Positions 1-11,950 of a stretch of 64,000 bases of DNA are shown one piece after another (positions within the stretch are counted from its first letter, which is position 1; the number at the start of each line of letters is the position of its first letter). Source of the DNA: Haliotis rufescens (lineage: Eukaryota); contig NW_025964112.1 of the NCBI RefSeq assembly GCF_023055435.1, positions 63,798,001 through 63,862,000 of the forward strand. Direction: 5' to 3'. A program made the position numbers and the translations under genes. The notes below the pieces were generated by a model that saw nothing but the letters and a program-made list of their open reading frames with translations, did not search any database and was not told where the DNA came from.

Positions 1-371
1 AACAAAGGACTGGTCGGCTCCGACTAGTCGCTTGCAATATAAAATCGGCATTAGTCCGGCATCAGCATTGCTAAAGAAGTGCAATAATCTTGAATGCAAC
101 GTTAAACACCATTTCACCTCCCCTTATTACAGTATTGGTAGTATGTTCAGTATCAGTGGTATAGTCTAATATCAACACTATTGTCTAGTCATGGCACTAT
201 AGTCTAGTTTCTGAACATATTTCTGATGGTTCTGATAACTAAGTTCACTGTACATTCATTGTTTTACCAGAGATTGGACGTCCTTACCTGACAAAACAAC
301 ACAAAACAATAATAACTGATCTACAGTCAAGCTGTTTATTAAACGAATGTGAACCAATATCCTCCACTTAC

Positions 372-464
372 AGAAGAGCTGTCGGATTCTCTTGGCTCCA
401 GTCCCAACAAATATCTCGTCAAACTCGGAACCAGAAGCATGGTAGAACGGCACGCCGGCTTCCC
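372..464 (-). CDS. YME1L1: YME1L1 coding exon 10
   Basis: GAAG|GG...TTCT|GTAAGT; [31 protein letters not shown]. Confidence 0.93.
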
Positions 465-3400
465 CTTCACACACAAACATATACTGATTAATAAAAGGAA
501 GTATGCTTAATCTGGGATACTAATATATAAATCAGTGTTGAAATATTACGACAGGTCCTGTGGTTCTTGAGGTCTGCACCTATTGTATTCGACTTGAGGA
601 ACCTCCTTTTCACAATAACACTGACATTCAAGCTAATTTTCAAAAACTGGTAATATACTGACAATCTATACTACACACAACATAGCTAATATTAACTATA
701 AAGTTTATAGGATTCCATTATGAAAGAAAGTAAAAGAAATATTGTTACGGATGTGTTTGTTTGTTGTTCACTCAGCGATATTCCAGCTACATGATGGCGG
801 CCTGTAAATGATCAAATCTGGACCAGACAATCCACAAATCTGGACCAGACAATCCACAAATCTGGACCAGACAATCCACATCGTTAGGGTAAGTTGACAC
901 GACCAGCATAGATTGCTAGGGACACACTAAATGGGAATCCCATGGGTTGTCATAGTTACTTTGAAGTGAGAAGAATGCAATGGAGTAAAACTAAACCCAA
1001 CTGACCTGCTACAGCTCTGGCCAACAGCGTCTTGCCAATGCCCGGTTGTCCCACCAACAGAACACCTGTAACATGTAACAACGTCACCATGACAACCACA
1101 CATGTAACTAAAAAAGAAAAGAGTGACAGGTGGACATGTAGGTCCCTGTGTGAGTCATAATGGTATTTTAAAAGTGAATGAGGATGAGAAGAAAACAGAT
1201 TAAATATTCAAATAACACTACAACAAACTCAATATGGCTGCTGTGGTGGCCATCTTGTTGGCAATATTGGAAATCAGACATTTCCTATGATCATGAATTG
1301 TATATAAGTTTGTGTTTTAGTTTTTTTACATTAAACTGTACAAAGCTGAATCGATTAACCAACCTTTGGGTAACCTGGCCCCCAGAGACTGGTACTTCTC
1401 TGGGTCCTTGAGGTAATCCACCACGTCCATCAGCTCCATCTTAGCCTCATCTGCCTGAAGCATACACAACATCGACTCACTCACTTGGATAACAACACAC
1501 TGCTAGGCTTTATTGAGTGTGTCATTCACAACATCGACTCACTCACTTGGATAACAACACACTGCTAGGCTTTATTGAGTGTGTCATTCACAACATCGAC
1601 TCACTCACTTGGATAACAACACACTGCTAGGCTTTAATGAGTGTGTCATTCACAACATTGATTCACTCACTTGGATAACAACACACTGCTTGGCTTTATT
1701 GAGCGTCAGATAACAACACACTGCTAGGCTTTATTGAGTCTGTCAAGGCGTACTCGGATAACAACACACTGCTAGGCTTTATTGAGTCTGTCAAGGCGTA
1801 CTCGGATAACAACAGACTGCTAGGCTTTATTGAGTCTGTCAAGGCGTACTCGGATAACAAAACACTGCTAGGCTTTATTGAGTCTGTCAAGGCGTACTCG
1901 GATAACAACAGACTGCTAGGCTTTATTGAGTCTGTCAAGACGCACTCGGACAACAACACACTGCTAGGCTTTATTGAGTCTGTCAAGGCGTACTCGGATA
2001 ACAACAGACTGCTAGGCTTTATTGAGTCTGTCAAGGCGTACTCGGATAACAACACACTGCTAGGCTTTATTGAGTCTGTCAAGACGCACTCGGATAACAA
2101 CACACTGCTAGGCTTTATTGAGTCTGTCAAGGCGTACTCGGATAACAACAGACTGCTAGGCTTTATTGAGTCTGTCAAGGCGTACTCGGATAACAACACA
2201 CTGCTAGGCTTTATTGAGTCTGTCAAGACACACTCGGATAACAACACACTGCAAGGCTTTATTGAGTCTGTCAAGACGCACTCGGATAACAAGACACTAC
2301 TAGGCTTTATTGAGTCTGTCAAGGCGCACTCGGATAACAACAGACTGCTAGGCTTTATTGAGTCTGTCAAGACGCACTCGGATAACAAAACACTGCTAGG
2401 CTTTATTGAGTCTGTCAAGACGCACTCGGATAACAAAACACTGCTAGGCTTTATTGAGTCTGTCAAGACGCACTCGGATAACAAGACACTACTAGGCTTT
2501 ATTGAGACTCACCCCTTTGACATCATCAAAGGTTACGTTGACATCCTCAGGGTTGACCTCAAACTGATCCTTCGTCAGAACGCCGAGACCACGCACTCCA
2601 GCTGATTGACCAAAACACGACAATACACAAATAAATTTACACAAAGCATAGACACAAACCCTCAATCTACAAGTAAGTAGGGTAGGTGAGGTGAAATGGG
2701 GAACAGTGTTCAAAGTTATTGCAAGTCTATAGTGATGTGAATATGAATATAACACCAAGGACATCTACCGGCCGAATAGTGACAACATATAGCAAGACTG
2801 CCCAAACTCTCTGAAATTCTACTAGCTCTTTGGATACCGTTAACATAACTGGTCAGGGTTAGTGCTAATTTCCATCCCTGTCATGTATGCAACTTGGCAC
2901 GAGCCAGCATCTTTCCGAGGCAAGGCCGTTAGCTGACAATAAAAGTCCAGCTACCACCCTTGCCCATATAGGCTGGAATTTCCAGGCTCGATCGTAGCGC
3001 CACAGTTGATATTATGAGTTTTGTCCCCCCTCTTGACCAATCAGATTCCACCTCTCTTATCACTTGCAATAGCTTCAAACAAAATGGTGGCACCCAGTGA
3101 AGACCGTTTGATAAAAAATCAAGATTCATATTCTAATAATACGGACCTTACCTTGCGAAATGGATCAAACTACTTGAGCACCTTGATTAAAACCATGAAA
3201 AGATTTGAAAAATATCTGTCGACGCCCAGTTGGCGGTACACATGCTTTGTAAATTCTTCAGTCAACCGAAACCTGCATGTTGAAATCACTGTTTACAAAC
3301 CAGATGTCTAGTTCATGTAGCTTGTTACGCGATTTTGATTGGACTGTTCATAGACCCATTAGTCCAGCCAAAATGTAACTCCGGAATTCGGCAAAGGTGG

Positions 3401-6400
3401 AAACTGGACCTTAAAAGTCAGTTAACTCCCCTGTCTTGGGAAGATGACAAGCCTGAGTCAGTTTGTTTAATATTAAATACATCCCGAGGGCGGGCAGGAA
3501 TTTATGTGTCCTTAAATGTTTTCTTATTCAGGCCAGAGAGTGACTCAGGAGAAGTTGCATACCTGATCGCCATAAAATTACCAGGGACAATCTGCATGAA
3601 GCAAATTTAGCACAAACGTTTGTCTCAATTGAGGTAAGAGAGTTATAAGCATCTTGGCGCAGTTTGCAAAGGATTAGGGTCCGCACCATTAGACCCAGAC
3701 CAATATTCTAAAAACAGTCTCCTGTTCTACAGCTGACTGAAAAATGTCCAGACACTCACTTCCTCCCACGGCAGTGAAGACCTGTACGACCTGCACGAGC
3801 AGCCACAACATGCACATGTAGAAGAGGAAGCGCAGTGTTCGGTTCAGCACGGTGTTCTTAGTGTCATGGCTTTCTTGCTTGGAGTTGGCGTGGTAGCCTT
3901 CAGCAAAAGCCACCTTCAGTCTGTCCTGAAACTCGGGATTACTCTCATGAGCTGTGACGATCTTCTGGAACTTTCCTATCTCCTTCTTGTAGTTGTCAGG
4001 GAACAGCTTGGATTGCACCTGAGTCAGAACAGACAGACATATATATACCAAAAGAAACGCGAATACCATACACGTTTGGATAATATATGAAGAATTACTC
4101 ATATGCAAGAGATATTAGATTAGTTTGATGCACACATGAACATACTGGTCTGTTGTGTGCACCGACGCTCATGAATGCATCACATGTTACGTCACAGATC
4201 CATGACTCAAGATGCACCATTTGTCTCATGCAGGATCAGCGTGTAAAGTTTGGAAATCATGTGCAGCATATTGTGATAAGAATAAAGACACTGTGGCAAC
4301 ACTTGACCGATTGTTAGTTCTGGCATTAAGTGGTACACAATGGAAACATCTCTTCTTAATTTACATAATTTTCTCTTTGTGTCTGTGGTTCATGTTTCTT
4401 TTGGCGGGGAGTATATATATATGGGTAGTCATTGTTTTTCGAAATTTCAGTATCAATATATAAACATTTGTCATCCGAAACGGGCCTCCACGGAACATAT
4501 CGTTTGAGTGAGATCAAGTGACATGGCCTAGGAGATAGCAGGTGATAAAATTGCATGACATGAATTTGCAGGCCATTGTGAAATCATCGGTTACCATGAC
4601 ATAACAATCAAATGACTTTACTAATACCTGTGCCACTGAACCAGGTAAGCTGTACTTTGTACACTCAAGACTGGGTTAATACGATTTACAAACTGAAATA
4701 GTTGGAAGAAAGATTTTAACTATCAACAACTTTTCTTCGTGAACTAAGAAATGTAATACAAATGATAGGTTGAGCAGGTTACTAGACACGCTAAAGGCCC
4801 AGGCATTATTTTAGCCTCATGACTTTACAAAGATTTTCCATCAGTATTTTTGTCAACATTCAGAATTTTGTAACTGTCATTTTAGTATGGATCTGGCAAA
4901 GACCATTTTGGATAAAAGAAGATGAGTCTCTTACTGAATGTCGAAGTTCATCTAGGAAAGACATTTTCTTGTCCCTGCCTAGCCCCAACACCGATTGTGA
5001 TCGCTTCGTCTTGAAACCTCGTGTCTGCTGCACACCTGGAAGGAAAGAAGTCGTCTGGTCTCACCATGGACATACTTTCACACCAATGTACACATCCAGA
5101 GTGCTGAGTTACACACTCAACTAAAACTGTTCCCTTTACACAAAACAGCAGTAATTTAATGTAATACATCAAAAGATTTTGTAAAAGAAAATTCACATGG
5201 TTTAAATGACAGAAAACAACACAAAGTGGGTGCTGGAAACTCACATGGTTTAAATGACAGAAACACCACAAATAGCTCACAAAGTGGGTGTTGGAAACTC
5301 ACATGGTTTAAATGACAGAAAACGCCACAAATAAGCTCACAAAGTGGGTGTTGGAAACTCACATGGTGCAAACCCTCCTCTCAGAAAACTCTGGAAACCC
5401 TTGTCGCCCATGATCTGGAGGAAGGTCGGTACAGTCGACTGTAAATGTCCTTCAGGGAACCCTGTAACAAAGAAACATGTTGACATTAACATCCACATCA
5501 ACATTGACATTAACAACTTAACAAACACATAAGATTAACATCCACATCCACATCAACATTGACATTAACAACTTAACAAACATATAAGATTAACATCCAC
5601 ATCCACATCCACATCCACATCAACATTGACATTAACAACTTAACAAACACATTAAGATTAACATCCACATCCACATCAACATTGACATTAACAACTTAAC
5701 AAACACATTAAGATTAACAGCAACATTGACATTAACATCCACATCAACATTGACATTAACAACTTAACAAACACATTAAGATTAACAGCAACATTGACAT
5801 TAACATCCACATCAACATTGACATTAACAACTTAACAAACACATTAAGATTAACATCCACATCCACATCAACATTGACATTAACAACTTAACAAACACAT
5901 AAGATTAACATCCACATCCACATTGACATTAACAACTTAACAAACACATTAAGATTAACATCCACATCCACATCAACATTGACATTAACAACTTAACAAA
6001 CACATTAAGATTAACATCCACATCCACATTGACATTAACAACTTAACAAACACATTAAGATTAACATCCACATCCACATCCACATCCACATCAACATTGA
6101 CATTAACAACTTAACAAACACATTAAGATTAACAGCAACATTGACATTAACATCCACATCAACATTGACATTAACAACTTAACAAACACATTAAGATTAA
6201 CAACATTGACATTAACATCCACATTGACATCCACATTGAGATTAACATCCACATTGACATTAACATCCACATTGACATCCACATTGAGATTAACATCCAC
6301 ATTGACATTAAAATCCACATTGACATTAACAACTTAACAAACACATTAAGATTAACAGCAACATTGACATTAACATCCACATCAACATTGACATTAACAA

Positions 6401-9400
6401 CTTAACAAACACATTAAGATTAACAACATTGACATTAACATCCACATTGACATCCACATTGACATTAAAATCCACATTGACATTAACAACTTAACAAACA
6501 CATTAAGAGTAACAGCAACATTGACATTAACATCCACAGTGAGATAAACATCCACATTGAGATAAGCCTTGTGACGATGTCGGTTGGTTCAGCTTGATGA
6601 TGGAAATGACACAAAGTCGACCAGCACTCAGCTGAGTCTGTATAATAGTCATCCCCTGAATCATGATGAACAGGAGTGGTATATGATGAATCTGTAGCTT
6701 CCTTGCAAGAGCATCGATCCCCCAAATGTAGTACTGAGAGTGTCAATCCTGAGTGCAACCTGGCGAACTGGAATAACGATCCTCCAACTGTCAGACTTTG
6801 GGTGAGGGATCCTTTGATGAGCAATCCTTAGGTGAGCGATCCTTAAAGCGCCGACCCTACGATCCACTATTCATGGAAGAAGCATGAGATCAATCCTTGC
6901 TCAGTAGATCCCTAGAAGAGGATGAATCCTTTCGACCAGTAACAGATGTTTGGATGCAGAGAAGCGATCATCACCAGCCGGAGCAACAGATGATCAAGGA
7001 GCGTTAAGAGGGTCGACCGGATGTGTAGTCGAGGCAGTCTTGGACGAATCGACAGAAGAGAGAACCTTGCAAACGTCTGATGTAGCTGGCTGTTCCGATG
7101 GAGGCAGCCAACTTGGTTGACTTCTTAGATTTCTTACAGAAGATGACCCATGTCCCAAGTCCCTAGATTTCGAGTGCCGGTAAATTTCCCATCTGTGGCA
7201 CTTGTGTAGATAAACAATGAAGGATTCTTCCGTAAAATGGGCACACAGGGAACAACAATTGTTAGTACTGCAATGGCCACGATAGTCACAGCATAAGTTG
7301 TGAGGGTCCAAAGTAGAAAAGGTAGTTCTACACTGAAGACAGGCTTGTTTCTTATGGCTACTCATCTTCCCGCAAACATTAATGTAAAGTTCATTTGATG
7401 GTGAGGGAAAACCCAGCAGAAAAACCTCAATGTAATCTCTGAACCCTCAGTGCACATTTCTACAGTGTGGCGATGATAAAGAGAATAATGTGGACGGCAT
7501 ACACATGATCAGGTCGTGTAGGTTGCCATGCACAGGATTACAGTGCTTGACCCACTTGTTAGGGTGGTGATCCACATAGGATCTAAAGAAGAAGGAAGAA
7601 ATGCATATTATGAGATGGGATCAGTTTAAAATTCATATTAAATAATAAGTAGACGATAGTAACCTGTTTTGTTTTCGAAAAAGGTCTGCGCTGACACATG
7701 GGACTCATGCCAGTGACTGTGGGGTGCTTCCTGCTGCTTGACCAGGGCCAGGAGTGGACTAAGGACCGCACTGTCCACATCCCGCGGCAGGTCCACCAGC
7801 TCCACAGTACTGGGCACACCTTTCACCTGAAACCATTGACCAGGGATTTATCATCCACGAAATCCTGCATCCAACATGCAAAAAAATTTAAAAAATGTAT
7901 GCAAAACAAATACAGCGTGCATCTACTGGAATGTAGAAAACGAATGCTACTATTTCATAACTTGGTACCACTTTAAATTGATTTCCATATTCATATATCA
8001 CATAATAAATAAAATACCTACAATTAAACGCTATGAGTCCACTTGACCCCCCCCCAAAACAACCCAGGTCAATCCCTGATAGACACATCATAAGAGCATT
8101 TTAAACATCAATAATCATGATAATACATAATGCAGTGTTCAGGATAATAGTCAACAGGTCTTTCTCTAACCCTAATGTGATGGATAAACAAAAAGACTAA
8201 GGGTAACTCTATAGCCATGATAGCAAATGTTATCGCAAAACACTCTTGGATTCTAGATCCCCCTCCCCAACCATGCAAATTGTATCTATTACAAACTAAT
8301 AATCTTATTTTGACACTTCAAAATGTACTAAACATGTCTGACAAGTATGTAAAGCAACCAAACCTCTGAAGTTGGGAATGCTGGTGGTTTGGTGACTTGA
8401 GAAACTGCACAAGCTGAAGATATGTCCCTCTCTTTTTTCTGGTGACGACTTCTCACAGACGTGTGAAGTGTTCGTACTCCACTGAATAGAGAGGACAGCT
8501 GAGAGAGTGCTGCAACAACCTAAATAAAAGATAATATACATGTTCAACTAATTATATCACTTCATCAGTGTAGTTTTGTTTGAGTTTCATATACATATTT
8601 AGCAATATACAAATAACTGACACACTGCAAAACAATAATAATCTGCTATGGTACACAGGATTTCAAATTGGTTTCTAGGACACCGACTGATTGTCACCCA
8701 AAATGTCCTCATGTTATTTTTCAATAATGGTATTGAGATAGAATATCCCCTCAAAACTTGGTAAAATCATGAAAATGTCCTCATGACATTTGTTTCTAGG
8801 ATTATCACTCGTACATAAAGATATGGACCGACAATGTGCAATTCTAAAGGATTCAAAAGTAAAGACGACAAAATGAAAATGAAGAGTAAGAATAAACTGT
8901 GGTAAATATTGTTTTTAATATTCCACTTATGTGACCATGGGTACTGCCCCCCTCTTAATAATAACATACATACATATGCCTTCACAAAGATTGTTTTGTT
9001 TGTTTGTTGTTTAATGCCGCACTCAGCAATATTTCAGCTATATGACAGACTTCTGTAAATAGTTGTGTCTAGACCAGACATTCCAGTGGCTGACATCATG
9101 AGCATCGATCCACGCAATTGGTATACAATGACATTCATCAACCAAGTCAGCAAGTCTGACCACCCGATCTCATCAGTCGCCTCTTACGACAAGCATGGGG
9201 GGCTTTTTACGGCAATCATGGGTTGCTGAAGACCTAGTCTACCCCGGATCTTCACAGGTTCACCAAAAAATGTTTTAGGGTGGGGGACGGACGGAAGTCT
9301 GTCCTCATCATACATGTATGCATATTGCTTGTGTAAGTATCTGGATGTTGTTTTTAACAGCACATTTACAACTATACCAACAAGGCAGTGTCAGTTGTGG

Positions 9401-9699
9401 AAGCAACAATCAATGGTTCTCAACTATTGTTAACAGCCGGCTTCCCTTTCGACTCGTGTTTTATGATATTGTCAACGGCATCGTGTCTTGCCAAAAGAAT
9501 AAAATGTTGTGCTCAAAATAACAGGGAAATGAAAATGAAGTAACAGCCATATTTCATCATTTGTTCGACCCTCTTATTTCTTTCCCTTTACCAGAATTTG
9601 CCAATCCTTGCGGAATGAAACAAGATTTTAAATAAATATTGTCGTGATGAAATTATTTACCTGTGGTTGCACTGTACTGTGTGTTAACATGGACGCCAT
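372..9699 (-). CDS. YME1L1: ATP-dependent zinc metalloprotease YME1L1 (mitochondrial i-AAA protease), 5' part, 10 coding exons; gene continues beyond window start
   Basis: Exons 9699-9661, 8519-8364, 7826-7664, 5461-5363, 5035-4935, 4018-3760, 2601-2513, 1454-1364, 1065-1006, 464-372 join in frame with GT-AG introns. Product has YME1L1 hallmarks: N-terminal STVQPQ|[29 protein letters not shown], a TM segment, [87 protein letters not shown]. Confidence 0.96.
1006..1065 (-). CDS. YME1L1: YME1L1 coding exon 9 (Walker A)
   Basis: TACAG|GT...GCAG|GTCAGT; [20 protein letters not shown]. Confidence 0.94.
1364..1454 (-). CDS. YME1L1: YME1L1 coding exon 8
   Basis: CTTCAG|GCA...AAAG|GTTGGT; [30 protein letters not shown]. 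Confidence 0.94.
1465..2506. repeat. 48-bp (plus 62-bp variant) minisatellite filling YME1L1 intron 7
   Basis: Unit CTCGGATAACAACACACTGCTAGGCTTTATTGAGTCTGTCAAGGCGTA, about 20 copies. Confidence 0.97.
2513..2601 (-). CDS. YME1L1: YME1L1 coding exon 7
   Basis: ATCAG|CT...GGG|GTGAGT; [16 protein letters not shown]. Confidence 0.92.
3760..4018 (-). CDS. YME1L1: YME1L1 coding exon 6 (transmembrane segment)
   Basis: CTCAG|GTG...GGAA|GTGAGT; LKVAFAEGY followed by a hydrophobic stretch. Confidence 0.9.
4935..5035 (-). CDS. YME1L1: YME1L1 coding exon 5
   Basis: TTCCTTCCAG|GT...TCA|GTAAGA; [11 protein letters not shown]. Confidence 0.85.
5190..5366 (-). repeat. About 60-bp tandem repeat containing the YME1L1 exon-4 donor
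   Basis: CCAT|GTGAGTTTCC with GT at 5362, 5302 and 5244, and degenerate CCAT|GTGAAT at 5196. Confidence 0.9.
5363..5461 (-). CDS. YME1L1: YME1L1 coding exon 4
   Basis: TTACAG|GG...CCAT|GTGAGT, phase 1/1. Confidence 0.8.
5480..6565. repeat. Complex low-period minisatellite abutting the YME1L1 exon-4 acceptor
   Basis: Shuffled modules ACATTGACATTAAC / ATCCAC / AACTTAACAAACACATTAAGATT. Confidence 0.95.
6570..7570 (-). mobile_element. Degenerate retroelement ORF1 fragment, DIRS/tyrosine-recombinase gag-like, in YME1L1 intron 3
   Basis: ORF 7365-6994 begins CxxC-x7-DPHxxC..RGHC....CxxC, the Cys/His knuckle seen at DIRS-like ORF1 N-termini, followed by a Ser/Arg/Pro-rich tract broken by stops. 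Confidence 0.5.
7664..7826 (-). CDS. YME1L1: YME1L1 coding exon 3
   Basis: TTTCAG|GTG...ACAG|GTTACT; [15 protein letters not shown] motif. Confidence 0.85.
8364..8519 (-). CDS. YME1L1: YME1L1 coding exon 2
   Basis: TTTAG|GTTGTT...GAG|GTTTGG, 52 codons, phase 0/0, presequence-like [21 protein letters not shown]. Confidence 0.72.
8995..9262 (-). mobile_element. SINE-like family B (no tRNA head; (AAAC)n tail)
   Basis: Matches the copies at 36109, 60795 and 63629. Confidence 0.88.
9661..9699 (-). CDS. YME1L1: YME1L1 coding exon 1 ([13 protein letters not shown])
   Basis: ATG in GTGATGG context, ends CAG|GTAAAT; resembles vertebrate N-terminus ..STVQPQ. A second in-frame ATG lies at 9690. Confidence 0.8.
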
Positions 9700-9900
9700 C
9701 ACAGCTCGCTGTTAAAATAGGCTGCGCCGACAGAAATCTAATTTACAGACAAACGTGTGGTTTTATGATTAAAACGCACAACAACCTTCTCAATCACATT
9801 CCCTGTCCACCATTGCCGACTTTATTAAAAGCCTTCAGTGATTGGTTATTAACAAAATATTTAGCCAATGATTATCACTGTAACATCTCCGCAGTTTCTT
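9700..9900 (-). promoter_or_regulatory. YME1L1 5' UTR / proximal promoter
   Basis: Directly upstream of the start codon; two CCAAT boxes (about 9841 and 9865). Confidence 0.4.
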
Positions 9901-10424
9901 GGGTGAAGGTTACAAAGAAAGGTAACTCTAGACTAATAAGTGAAGCGTATCTTTGAATAAAATCTTTAGTGTGCTTTTATTATCTGTATAGTTTTTTATT
10001 GGATACAGTTGACCCGAACACGACTATCAACTATTTACTCCATGTAATCGTACACACAAATTAGCTTTGTCAGTTGACACTTCTAAGAGGAATGTAATTG
10101 GGTGATTATCGAAAATAGAAAATAGTGTGAAACGTCGTCGTTGTTCAGAGCTCATTGATTAAAGAAAGCGGGTAGACAATGTGACAGAAAATTCGGTAAA
10201 ATATCAAAGAATGTAGAGATGTTAATGAGTCAGTGAACTAAAATTTAACGTCGCATCGGCAATATTTCAGCGATGAAAGTTAATGTGTTAATCAACGAGG
10301 GGCTGAAGTTTAAGTCTTTATACTTTGTTGTATCTGTACATTATACAGTCAATTCTGTAAATTGCTACCACTTATCCCATTGTTAACATAAATCCCAGTC
10401 GCCTTAGGCGTCCCTTGTTTTTTT

Positions 10425-10800
10425 GGTTTGGTTTGTTGTATAATTAACGCCGCACTCAGCAATATTCCAGCTATATGACGGCGGTCTGTAAATAATCGAG
10501 TCTGGACCAGACAATCCAGTGATTGACATCATGAGCATCGATCCCCGCAGTTGGTGACATGCATCTACCAAGTCAGCGAGCCTGACCACCCGATCCCGAA
10601 CACGCCTGAAACCTAATATCATGGGTTCGAAAGCCGGTTCGCCCCGATTAGGTTTTCTAGGTTTTTCAGCAGCATACCCGTGCTCCTGGGTTTCACCAAA
10701 AAGGTACAGCTCTGAGACACGCATCACTTCGGGCTTTCCTCCCACTATAAACTGACACGCCGTGATACAACTGAAATACTGTTCAAAACTGCGTTAAAAC
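10425..10800. mobile_element. Fusion of a family B 3' half (minus) and a family C 3' part (plus)
   Basis: Family B reverse strand to about 10597, then GGGTTCGAAA..TTCTAGGT..CTGACACGCCGTGATA of family C. Confidence 0.8.
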
Positions 10801-11950
10801 AAAAATAGGTTGGTAGGCAATAATCTCTTTTCAGACTGAAGTGACAGTTGGATTAACCAAATATAGATTTATTTACTCTCTGTATATTCGAATGGATAAT
10901 GATTGTTATATGAGTAAGAGTGACACGGATATAGTCTCAATCATTAAACCAAACCGTAATTGTCGTCTGCCAAGAGGCTATTGGTTGCGGGCAATACAAG
11001 ACGTCGCAGATTAACCCTTTGTTGTGTTGTAAATCATAAATCATATATATTGCTGCATTAACGACTGTGTTGATGCGAGTCTCAAATTACTGTCTGTGTG
11101 TCTGCCAGTGGTGCATCCACTATTGCCGGAGGCGTGTTTGGGCTGTCGGTACAACGTGAAACAATACTCAAGCTACGTTCATTGTGTTTGTAATGAGATA
11201 ATGTCAATCAATGTAATTCGTAATGGCAATTCCCAATTCTACCTCAAGGTTGATGCACATTAACGTATCTCATCAGTATATGAACCCTATACTTACTTCC
11301 TTGAAACGTATTATGTCACGTGGTTAAACTACCGTGACGCCAGTAGCCTAGAGACATGGTAAAATTGGTAAATATTATTTTCAGGAGTTCCTTTACCCAT
11401 ACTAATACTTATTGTCACTCCCAAGATGTATGCGTCTTAGTATTGGGTGACAATAATTTTGAGCAGGGGTAAAACTTATGGTCTATGTACTACTGCCTTT
11501 AACGGCCCTTTCTCGTTTGTGCACAAACAATTTCCGTAATTCAGCAATGCAACACTTCATTCTAATGAAGAAAAAGACAAGAATGAAATATAAAATTGAT
11601 ATTGTTCGAGTTGAAGATAAAATTGTTTAATGATTCGATTGAGTATCCTTTCTCTTGTAATACACAAATGAACATTGATAGACTAACATTTAGTCTTATG
11701 AGATCTTATATTACACAATACCCTTCTTGACTAAATATTTTTTTATTTTTTTTTCCCGATACTGATTTCATATGTAGAATAGAGCTAGCTAGAGCTGGCT
11801 AGACTTTATTTTGTTTACGGTTCTAGATTGTTTGTTTTTTCATACAATAAATATATTCCACAGTCATGGTGCGGGACTAGAACATTGCCTACAATGACTT
11901 GTAATGTCGATATCATTGTATTCCTTTTGGTAAAGACATTCATCGATTGT

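Noticed and set aside
1696-2484. 262-aa repeat ORF
   Set aside because: Intronic minisatellite; YME1L1 exons 7 and 8 join correctly without it.
4948-5280. 110-aa ORF as YME1L1 exon 5 starting at the 5121 AG
   Set aside because: The conserved QTRGFKT frame has stops upstream of 5035; the acceptor at 5036 gives the correct phase.
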